Notes under the pieces: model-generated | The model's database searches: none | Seen by the model: only the letters and a program-made list of their open reading frames with translations | Told to the model about the DNA's origin: nothing | Shown: in pieces, positions 20,051-27,767 of the stretch | How the letters are laid out: each line of letters begins with the position of its first letter | Position numbering within the stretch: position 1 is the stretch's first letter | Position numbers and translations under genes: made by a program | Source of the DNA: Microcoleus sp. MP8IB2.171 | GTDB lineage: Bacteria; Cyanobacteriota; Cyanobacteriia; Cyanobacteriales; Microcoleaceae | Assembly: GCA_030248405.1 (NCBI GenBank) | Contig: JARCMA010000067.1 | Coordinates: forward strand, 1 to 43,043 | Length of the DNA: 43,043 nucleotides | Direction of reading: 5' to 3'

Positions 20051-20188
20051 GAGGACAACCATATCCTCACTGGAGGGGCAACCATACCCCTCTACCCCGC
20101 AAGGGGGGATTCAAGGCGATTGAAATCGCCGGATCGTTTTCCTCTCAGGACTTTAGTCTCTGAGCTTCCCACTTACCGAGTTTTTTTT
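19816..20188 (+). mobile_element. Non-autonomous IS200/IS605 (IscB-type) mini-element with no ORF
   Basis: Begins GTCAG plus a hairpin, like the iscB element at 31872; ends in a subterminal hairpin (20141-20164) and is followed by GTGAA, like the iscB element. Confidence 0.82.
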
Positions 20189-20202
20189 GTGAATGTGTAG
20201 AT

Positions 20203-20484
20203 ATGTCTACTCAATTACTAATGTCAAATAATTCATCCACTCTTTCCCGGCCTCAAGTCACCGCGAGCAATCCCGAAATGGCTAGTTCTTCTACCCTATC
20301 CACCAGTTTTGCCTGCAAAGTAAATTCGGTGAAGTGCCCGTACCAAGCCGACCAGCAAGTTAAGTTCCTGCACTTGCAAGCGGAAATCGAATCGTTGCTG
20401 CTGGAAGTGCAAAGCCTCAAACAGCAACGCTCGATCGCTGGCTTGCCGGCTCAGGGCCCCATTTCTGGTAGCAACAGCAATTAG
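20203..20484 (+). CDS. Hypothetical protein
   Basis: 93-aa ORF with coiled-coil segment YQADQQVKFLHLQAEIESLL. Confidence 0.7.
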   Translation: MSTQLLMSNNSSTLSRPQVTASNPEMASSSTLSTSFACKVNSVKCPYQADQQVKFLHLQAEIESLLLEVQSLKQQRSIAGLPAQGPISGSNSN

Positions 20485-20741
20485 CAGACAACAGCCGCTA
20501 ATGCTAACTGTGCTGCCCCTGTGTTATAAAAACAAAGGTTTTGCTACCCGCAGTATTTTTTGCCGAAAGTGCCAGAAATTCCTAACTGCGGATAGCGATC
20601 GCTAGCTTTTGCTAAAACGCGCTTGCCTACTGCTCAACTCGTCTGCCACAAGCTGGCAACGAGCTGACATTTTACTGCGCTTTTTTATGGCGCTAATTTG
20701 TTAAGCCATGCTCATGGCATACGGAGAATCGAAATCTATTT

Positions 20742-21794
20742 ATGACAGCATCGATCGAAAAACCACTAAATTTGACATCCGCAAGTGACACTTCCAACCT
20801 GCGCCTGAAAGATATTCTCAAAACCCTGCCGCGGGAAGTATTCGTCAAAAACCCCCGCAAAGCTTGGACAAAAGTAATCGTCAACGTTTTGCTAGTTGCT
20901 GTCGGTTACTGGGGCTTAGCAGTCTCTCCTTGGTTCCTACTGCCCCTGATGTGGATTTTCACAGGCACCGGATTAACCGGTTTTTTTGTGATCGGCCACG
21001 ACTGCGGTCATCGGTCATTTGCTAACCGCCGCTGGGTAAACGATTTAGTCGGACATATTGCATTTCTGCCGTTAATTTTCCCGTTTCACGCATGGCGGCA
21101 TGGACACAATTATCACCACAAGCACACCAACAAAATTGGCGAAGATAATGCTTGGCAGCCGATGACAGCAGCCGACTACGCTGCCGCGCCCAAAGCATTA
21201 CAAATAGCTTATAGTTTAATCTTCGGCCCGATGTGGTGGGTTGGCTCGATCGCCCACTGGGCAAAAGTACACTTTATGTGGTGGCGCTTCAAAGGCAAAC
21301 AGCAACAAGAACAAGTGCGGTTTTCTGTGTTAGTAGTTTTAATCGGTGCTGCGATCGTATTTCCGACTTTAATTGCCACCACAGGCATTTGGGGATTCAT
21401 CAAATTTTGGTTGATGCCCTGGATGGTTTACCATTTCTGGATGAGCACTTTTACCATTGTTCACCACACAGCACCAGACATTTCATTTAAAAAACCCGAA
21501 GAATGGAACGAAGCCCAAGCGCAACTATCGGGAACAGTTCACTGCGACTATCCCCGCTGGGTAGAGTTTCTGTGCCACGACATTAACGTGCACGTTCCTC
21601 ACCACCTTTCAACTGCTATACCCTGGTACAATTTGCGCCTCGCCCACAGCAGCTTAAAGGAAAATTGGCAAGATCATCTCTACGAAACAGAATTTTCTTG
21701 GTCTTTAATGAAGCGGATTGCCGACAACTGTCACCTATACAATCCGGCTGGCGGCTATCAAACATTGCAGGAATTTAACGCTAAAACAAAGTAA
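20742..21794 (+). CDS. desA: Delta-12 acyl-lipid desaturase
   Basis: His boxes HDCGH, HNYHH, HVPHH; FWMSTFT and VHCDYPRWVEFLCHDIN are typical of cyanobacterial DesA. Confidence 0.92.
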   Translation: MTASIEKPLNLTSASDTSNLRLKDILKTLPREVFVKNPRKAWTKVIVNVLLVAVGYWGLAVSPWFLLPLMWIFTGTGLTGFFVIGHDCGHRSFANRRWVNDLVGHIAFLPLIFPFHAWRHGHNYHHKHTNKIGEDNAWQPMTAADYAAAPKALQIAYSLIFGPMWWVGSIAHWAKVHFMWWRFKGKQQQEQVRFSVLVVLIGAAIVFPTLIATTGIWGFIKFWLMPWMVYHFWMSTFTIVHHTAPDISFKKPEEWNEAQAQLSGTVHCDYPRWVEFLCHDINVHVPHHLSTAIPWYNLRLAHSSLKENWQDHLYETEFSWSLMKRIADNCHLYNPAGGYQTLQEFNAKTK

Positions 21795-21816
21795 GTTTTA
21801 AACGCGATAAATGCCA

Positions 21817-21851
21817 GAAAAACCCGGTTTCTCAGAAACAACCGGGTTTTT
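21817..21851. terminator. Hairpin after desA (AAACCCGG repeat family), possible terminator
   Basis: gaaaaacccggtt ... aaccgggtttttc. Confidence 0.55.
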
Positions 21852-21904
21852 CGATATTACAATCCGTAGCCTTTGTAAGGGACGGAATCCGCGCCCTACT
21901 GTCA

Positions 21905-22007
21905 ATAAGCGGGTGTGCATCTAATTTGACAGTCAATTTTTCTACAATTCTTGTGGAACGGGCAGGATGCCCGTCTCTGTATTCAATTTAGATGCGTAGC
22001 AGCTTAT
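21905..22007. mobile_element. MITE-like element
   Basis: Imperfect terminal inverted repeats ataagc..tgcatctaatttga / tcaatttagatgcg..gcttat; internal hairpin acgggcaggatgcccgt. Confidence 0.6.
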
Positions 22008-22068
22008 CACAATCCGTACCATTATTAAATCAGTCATTCCAAATCTAAAATCTAAAATCTAAAATCGA

Positions 22069-23574
22069 ATGACTTTCAATCCCAATAACTGTCGCAACGA
22101 AAGCGAAGTAGAAAGCAAACTGATTGTCAGCTATCTGCTACCAAAGTTAGGCTATACGCCCGACACTTGGCACCAAGAAATCGCCTTTGGGAATATTCGC
22201 CTAGACTTCCTCTCATTTGCCACCCAAGTTATCCCCATAGTTGTCGATGCAGACTCGCCGATGAGTGTAGTTATGGAGGCTAAACATCCGAAGGAAAATT
22301 TAGACCGCCACCTGCGAAAACTCAAGCGTTACTTAACAAGTTTGAGCATCCGCTATGGAGTCCTAACTAACGGTAAAGAAATTAGAATTTATGAACGAGT
22401 AGCCGATGATATTCAGCTAGTCTTTAAGTGTGCTGGACAAGACGTAGAAACTCGAATTGAGGAAATTATCGCTTTAATTGGCAGAAATAGTTTAAAACCT
22501 ATAAAAAATCCCGATAATCTCGAACTGGAAGATAGTAAAATTAATTTGGTTAGTCCTGAGTTAATTAGCGAAGTACCAGTACAACCAGACAATCCCGCCA
22601 CCGCAGAACCTGAGCCCAGTCAAATCTCAGAACCGGAACAAATACCTGAAAATAATCTCGTTAATATTCAAGTTAAATCCGATGTAATTGTTACCCAAAC
22701 CAGGCAAAATACTATGAAAATCATTGCAGTTTATCACAATAAAGGCGGCGTTGGCAAAACTACAACAGTAGTCAATTTAGCAGCAGCGCTCAGCAAGAAA
22801 GGTAACAGAGTATTAGTCATCGACTTAGACAGTCAGGCAAATACAACCTTTGCGACAGGTTTAGTAAAATTTGAAGATGAAGAACAAGATGATTTGAAAG
22901 ATTGCAACATTCTTCACGTTTTGCAATCAGAAGATGGTTACTCGATAGGCGAAGTAGCCCGCAAGTCAAGTTTTTGCCATCCCGAAATTGATGTGGTTCC
23001 TTCCCACATCAATTTGATGCACGAAGAAACCGAATTTAATCAACTAGATTACAGCCGAATGATTTTAATTCAGAAACTAGCCGTAGTACAGGATAAATAT
23101 GATATTGTACTGATCGATACGCCACCATCTTTGAATTTTTACGCCAGAGTTGCCCTGATTACGGCGGATTATTTAATTATTCCTTCTGACTTAAAACCTT
23201 TTGCTAATCAAGGATTGGTTAATGTCAAGGATTTTATCAAAAAAGTTAACGGATTCAGGAAAATAATCGGCAAACAGCCGATCGCAATTTTAGGCGTCCT
23301 CCCTTGCAAAATCTCAACTAATGCTAAATTTGTACAGTACAGTTTGCCCAAGCGGAGGGAGGCAATTCCCAAGCGCTACGGGTTGGAAATCATGGACAGC
23401 GTAATTTACGAGAGAGACGATTTAGCAAAGTGTGCAGAACAAATGCAAATCGTGGGAAATATGGAAATCGCCGATCCGATTTCAGTGCTAGACTTTAAGC
23501 CTGATTCCATCGCCTCCCAAGAATTTGAAATGTTAGCCGAGGAAGTTTTGGAAAAAATAGGTAAAAACTCATGA
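22069..23574 (+). CDS. HsdR-N-like PD-(D/E)xK nuclease domain fused to a ParA/Soj ATPase
   Basis: N-terminus ESEVESKL..RLDF..MEAK..GVLTNG; acidic linker; deviant Walker A NKGGVGKTT, IDLDSQAN, Walker B LIDTPP. Confidence 0.9.
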   Translation: MTFNPNNCRNESEVESKLIVSYLLPKLGYTPDTWHQEIAFGNIRLDFLSFATQVIPIVVDADSPMSVVMEAKHPKENLDRHLRKLKRYLTSLSIRYGVLTNGKEIRIYERVADDIQLVFKCAGQDVETRIEEIIALIGRNSLKPIKNPDNLELEDSKINLVSPELISEVPVQPDNPATAEPEPSQISEPEQIPENNLVNIQVKSDVIVTQTRQNTMKIIAVYHNKGGVGKTTTVVNLAAALSKKGNRVLVIDLDSQANTTFATGLVKFEDEEQDDLKDCNILHVLQSEDGYSIGEVARKSSFCHPEIDVVPSHINLMHEETEFNQLDYSRMILIQKLAVVQDKYDIVLIDTPPSLNFYARVALITADYLIIPSDLKPFANQGLVNVKDFIKKVNGFRKIIGKQPIAILGVLPCKISTNAKFVQYSLPKRREAIPKRYGLEIMDSVIYERDDLAKCAEQMQIVGNMEIADPISVLDFKPDSIASQEFEMLAEEVLEKIGKNS

Positions 23575-24500
23575 AAAAATTATTTCCGTCACTGGTTGCA
23601 GTGAAAAGAATTACATCCGCAGTGTCCCGTTCCAATTTTGCCGAGCCGGATTTGGAGAAATTAGCGAGACTGATTTTAGAGTCAGGAGGATTGATTAATC
23701 CGATAATTGTCCGCCGAAACGGTATGGATGCCTACGAGATAGTAGACGGAGACTTTGAATACTATGCGGCGGCGAGAGCAAAGGAAATAGAACCTCTCAA
23801 AGGCGAGACAATCGGAGCATTCATCCTGGAAGAAGAAAATGAAGAAATTATACTGGATCAACTTAAAATTCTCAGAAAAACCGCAATCACTGAGAATTTA
23901 GTTGAGAACCCAGAAACCGGGGTTTTGTACGAAAATACTTCGTCGCAGCCCGCAGATTCAATAAAAAACCCGGTTTCTTTGGTCGAAGTCCTTAATTTCA
24001 GTGAAAATGAAACTCCCCAAGAGTCATCTAGTTTAGAACAGCGACTAACAAATATTGAAGCCCAGTTTGCCAGTCAAATTAATGAATTAAAAGCCGAGTA
24101 CGCCCGTGAACAAAAAGTTTTAGCCCAGAGTATACAAGAACTTGAAAACCGAATCTTACAACAAGTACCTCTGTTAGTTGAAGCTGGGTTAGCCAACAGA
24201 ATTAATGAGTTGAAATCGGAGTCGCCACCCGAAAAACAAGTGGTGGTAGAGAGGATACCAGAAGTTGAAAACGTAACTTCCGAATCAATGTCGGTGTTGG
24301 AAGCACTCAATACCCTAGATAAATCTGGATTCTTGGCGAATTTTAAAGATGCTGGCTTGAAGTCTCAGATAATCGACAGAATAATCAAAGAACGAGATGT
24401 GCAGCCGTTTGTCTCATTTACAAGTGCGGTGAAACGTATTGAAGGGTTAACTGACAAAGCAATGATTAAAATAATTGATAAGTGGCACAAATATTCATAA
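23571..24500 (+). CDS. ParB/Srx-like N-terminal domain protein with coiled coil and C-terminal HhH-like domain
   Basis: ATGA overlap with the parA-like gene; LARLILESGGLINPIIVRR..YEIVDG; C-terminal IIKER..PF.S....RIEGL resembles ComEA-type HhH. Confidence 0.82.
   Translation: MKKLFPSLVAVKRITSAVSRSNFAEPDLEKLARLILESGGLINPIIVRRNGMDAYEIVDGDFEYYAAARAKEIEPLKGETIGAFILEEENEEIILDQLKILRKTAITENLVENPETGVLYENTSSQPADSIKNPVSLVEVLNFSENETPQESSSLEQRLTNIEAQFASQINELKAEYAREQKVLAQSIQELENRILQQVPLLVEAGLANRINELKSESPPEKQVVVERIPEVENVTSESMSVLEALNTLDKSGFLANFKDAGLKSQIIDRIIKERDVQPFVSFTSAVKRIEGLTDKAMIKIIDKWHKYS
23912..23978. repeat. AGAAACCGG inverted-repeat element embedded in frame in the ParB-like gene
   Basis: agaaaccggggtttt...aaaaacccggtttct; homologous to intergenic 14514-14577. 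Confidence 0.8.
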
Positions 24501-24503
24501 CTC

Positions 24504-24887
24504 GCAATTCCTGTCGCCACTGGCAACTTTGACTCAGTGAGTCTCTAGGCCAAAAAAAGTAAAGATGAGTAAAGCAGTGTATCATTGGTGTCCCACAGCC
24601 AGTTAAACTCATCACAGTCGCTTTTTTTAGGAATTGCAGTCAGTTTTGCCGATCGCCCGGGCTGTCACCGCACAGCCAGCCGCACAGGTACAGCAGCAAG
24701 GTGATATCTCCTCCAGATAACCGAGTTCGATCGCAGACTTGGAAGACTGAGGCCAATAAACCCTTAAACTTACCAGAGTCTGGGTAAGGTGTTTGTATCG
24801 CACCCTACAATTACAGTTCTTGGGTTAGTCCTGCAGCACTTAAAACGCAGGCTGTAAAGTGCAAATATACATAAATACCCAAACACC
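24504..24887. ncRNA. Candidate structured non-coding element between the two ParB-like genes
   Basis: Nested complementary segments found by eye (see findings); no ORF; no known family recognised. Confidence 0.35.
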
Positions 24888-24920
24888 AGATTTTCATGAC
24901 AAAAGGGGACTTGTAACAAG

Positions 24921-26009
24921 ATGGATCGATCGTCCGATCAAAACCGAATAGTTGAATATTTGCGGATTAAGCCAATTAGTCACAGTCAGATTTACACTTC
25001 CCAAATTGCAGTACCAGAGCCTCATCGGGGCGAAATTCCTCGCGAACGTCGCGAAGCTATCAGGAGAAGTCTGATCGAGCAAGGCAGCAACTTGATTCCT
25101 TTAATTGTGCGCCCCACTGAAGCTTACAGCAATGAAGAAGAATATGAAGTTGTCTGCGGCTCAGATTGGTGTATTCTTGCTAAAGAACTCGGCATCGAGG
25201 AAATGTGGGCTTGGGTATTTGAAATGACCGACGAGGAGGTAGCTGTTGCTCAAGCAGAAATGGAACATTTAGCTCCGCAACCGACTCAGAAAACAGCACA
25301 AATTGAGACTATACTGCAACAATTTGAGCTATCATTTCAAAAAAAGGTAGAAAGTCTAACAAAAGAAATAGAACAATCTGTTAAAAAAAATGAAGACCTG
25401 CTAAAAAAGCAAGTAAAAGCTCTAACTGACCAGCACTTTGATCGTCACCCAATAGAACAGATTAAGCGTTTGCTCGAACAAGTTGAAAAAACATTTCATG
25501 AAAAGGTAGATAAATTGGCTAAAAAAATTGAACAATCTAGCAGCGATAATCCGCCGACAGATGCTGTTATTCCTGATGTAAATCTTGAAGGTGCTTTGAG
25601 ACAGTTGGATGAACTGGAAAAACTACTGTCAACAAAATTAGAACGCACAGTTCAAACAATTAATCAGTTTGTTTCAGACGCCATTAAAGACGTAGAAAAT
25701 GACCTGAAAAATCAAATCGAAACGCTCCGCACTCAACTGGGAGCCGCAGCGACTCACTCAGAAAGACAGCCCGAGGCACAGCCGAAGAAGCAGTCAAAAA
25801 CGCAGCCGAAGAAGCAGTCGAAAGCACAGGAGAAACCTCAGTTACCGCAGTTGCAGTTGGAGTTGCCGTTTCCGCCCCCACAGGAAGACTACGAAAGTCT
25901 TTCGCTGAGACGGTTGAAGGCGATCGGCAAAGACCGGAAAATTCGGGGCTACGCGCGCATGAAACGACCAGAAATTCTGGTGGCTCTCAGGGAAGCTGAC
26001 GGCAAATAA
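24921..26009 (+). CDS. ParB-like N-terminal domain protein with coiled coil and C-terminal Rho-N-like domain
   Basis: IRRSLIEQGSNLIPLIVRP..YEVVCG; C-terminal YESLSLRRLKAIGKDRKIRGYARMKRPEILVAL fits the Rho termination factor N-terminal pattern. Confidence 0.82.
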   Translation: MDRSSDQNRIVEYLRIKPISHSQIYTSQIAVPEPHRGEIPRERREAIRRSLIEQGSNLIPLIVRPTEAYSNEEEYEVVCGSDWCILAKELGIEEMWAWVFEMTDEEVAVAQAEMEHLAPQPTQKTAQIETILQQFELSFQKKVESLTKEIEQSVKKNEDLLKKQVKALTDQHFDRHPIEQIKRLLEQVEKTFHEKVDKLAKKIEQSSSDNPPTDAVIPDVNLEGALRQLDELEKLLSTKLERTVQTINQFVSDAIKDVENDLKNQIETLRTQLGAAATHSERQPEAQPKKQSKTQPKKQSKAQEKPQLPQLQLELPFPPPQEDYESLSLRRLKAIGKDRKIRGYARMKRPEILVALREADGK

Positions 26010-26162
26010 AGCGGTAATTGCTAATAGTTAAAAACTAATTGTTCGGTGTTCGATCGCACTTTTTGCCAAAAAGCGCGATCGGGCTTTCAGAATAGTCCTC
26101 GGCAGAGATATGAAAAGCTTGCTAACATAGACACACAACCTCTTACTCCTCACCCAGCAGCC

Positions 26163-26900
26163 ATGTCCGCAACCGCAGAATTAGCTACTACCCAAGAGAT
26201 ACTAGAACAAGAGATACCAGAAAATGTTATCTTTCCGCCCGGCGATTTATACAGTGACGAACCTCCCGTGGAAACAGAACTGCATCTCCGACAAATAATC
26301 CTACTCCTCAACTGTCTAGAATGGCTGTGGCGAGATAGAAACAATTTCTATGCTGCTGGAAACCTCACCATTTATTACAGTCCCAAGCAACTCAAATCGA
26401 AAGACTTCCGAGGCCCAGACTTTTTTGTGGTACTCGGAACAGAACGAAAAACTCGGAAAAGCTGGGTAGTTTGGGAAGAAGAGGGAAAGTACCCCAATAT
26501 TATCGTTGAAATCCTGTCTCCCAAAACAGCGGATATAGACAAAAACTTTAAAAAACAACTCTATCAAGATACTTTTCGCACTCACGACTACTTTTGGTTT
26601 GATCCAGAAACTTTAGAATTAGCTGGGTTTCATTTAGTTGACGGGGAATATGAACCAATTGCACCCAACGAATGCGGGCATCTGCGGAGTCAGCAGCTCG
26701 ATTTGAGTCTCGGAATTTGTGGCGGAAAATTGCGTTTCTTTACAGCAGAAGGAGAGCTTGTCCCTACTCCTCAAGAGGTTGCAGAAAGGGAGACTCAACG
26801 AGCCGGACAAGAAGCTCAACGAGCCGGACAAGAAGCTCAAAGAGCCGATCGCCTGGCCGCGAAACTGCGAGAATTAAATATTGATCCCGATACAATTTAG
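26163..26900 (+). CDS. Uma2 family endonuclease
   Basis: SDEPPVETELH, GPDFFVV, PNIIVEILS, YFWFDP, C-terminal EAQRA repeats ending LRELNIDPD; ATG 26163 preferred. Confidence 0.93.
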   Translation: MSATAELATTQEILEQEIPENVIFPPGDLYSDEPPVETELHLRQIILLLNCLEWLWRDRNNFYAAGNLTIYYSPKQLKSKDFRGPDFFVVLGTERKTRKSWVVWEEEGKYPNIIVEILSPKTADIDKNFKKQLYQDTFRTHDYFWFDPETLELAGFHLVDGEYEPIAPNECGHLRSQQLDLSLGICGGKLRFFTAEGELVPTPQEVAERETQRAGQEAQRAGQEAQRADRLAAKLRELNIDPDTI

Positions 26901-26942
26901 CGATCGTCCTTTTTATTCAAGTTTCCTGTATTGTAAGCTGGT

Positions 26943-27278
26943 TTAGGCGATCGCATATCCCGTATGTTGCCGAACATGATACGGATGAAACCCTAAAACT
27001 ATCAGATATTTAGGCACTCCTAATTCTACAAGTTCTGCGGTAATTCCCGTTTCTATACCATCTTGTTGAATCCAAATTTTGCCGTCCCTAATTTCCACAT
27101 GAACGATACAATCGTGAATTCTTTTAGCACCCTCCCAACCTTCGTGCATCAGTAAAAAATTGTTTTGTTCGCGATCGACAATAACGCTGCTTTTAATTTC
27201 TCCGTATTGGTAGGGAATCTGGGCATAACTATCTAAGATTTTCTGAATAAATCCGCGATATTCATCTAGTCTATCCAT
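26943..27278 (-). CDS. xisI: XisI family protein
   Basis: GW..KRIH.C..H.EI.DGKIWIQQDG.E.GI..EL..LGVP...IVLGFHP. Confidence 0.93.
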   Translation of the reverse strand: MDRLDEYRGFIQKILDSYAQIPYQYGEIKSSVIVDREQNNFLLMHEGWEGAKRIHDCIVHVEIRDGKIWIQQDGIETGITAELVELGVPKYLIVLGFHPYHVRQHTGYAIA

Positions 27279-27682
27279 CTGACAACTGTCTCCTTTAATG
27301 AATCAAAAACTATTAGTTTAAATCTTTTTTTTCCTAACAAAAGCTGCCCGATAGGTTCAGAAAAAATTTGTGCATAAACTTCTGCACGAATTGCCAGATA
27401 TATTATCCGTTCAGGTTCCGATTGCTCTAGAATATCTTCATAGACAATATACTGTCCAACAGCTTCTTCTAAGTCATGAACTGGTGAAGCACTCACAAAA
27501 CTTTTCACTTCTACAGCAATTTTGCGACCTTGCTTTTCGGCAGCAAATAGTTTTTCTGCACCCAAATCGACGCTGAGAGTACGTTTGCCAATTTTTAAGG
27601 GTAGGGGATCTTTGGTTATCGTCCACCCATCTTTTTCTAGGGCTGTTCTGACATTATTGTGGTAGATGTCTTGGGCTGGCAT
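27266..27682 (-). CDS. xisH: XisH family protein
   Basis: MPAQDIYH..ALEKDGWTIT.DP, DLGAE, KIAVEVKSF, A.GQY; overlaps xisI. Confidence 0.93.
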   Translation of the reverse strand: MPAQDIYHNNVRTALEKDGWTITKDPLPLKIGKRTLSVDLGAEKLFAAEKQGRKIAVEVKSFVSASPVHDLEEAVGQYIVYEDILEQSEPERIIYLAIRAEVYAQIFSEPIGQLLLGKKRFKLIVFDSLKETVVRWID

Positions 27683-27767
27683 ATTTTAAGCTGATCCGTC
27701 AACTGTTACCCTAATTATAGAATAACACAATGCTTTTCAAAACTCATAGCTCATCAATTCAAACTAC

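Noticed and set aside
24501-24920. tmRNA, RNase P RNA, 6S RNA or retron msr-msd identity for the structured spacer
   Set aside because: No hallmark sequences recognised on either strand and no reverse transcriptase nearby.
26943-27682. fdxN-type excision element
   Set aside because: No XisF recombinase or interrupted nif/fdx gene in the window.
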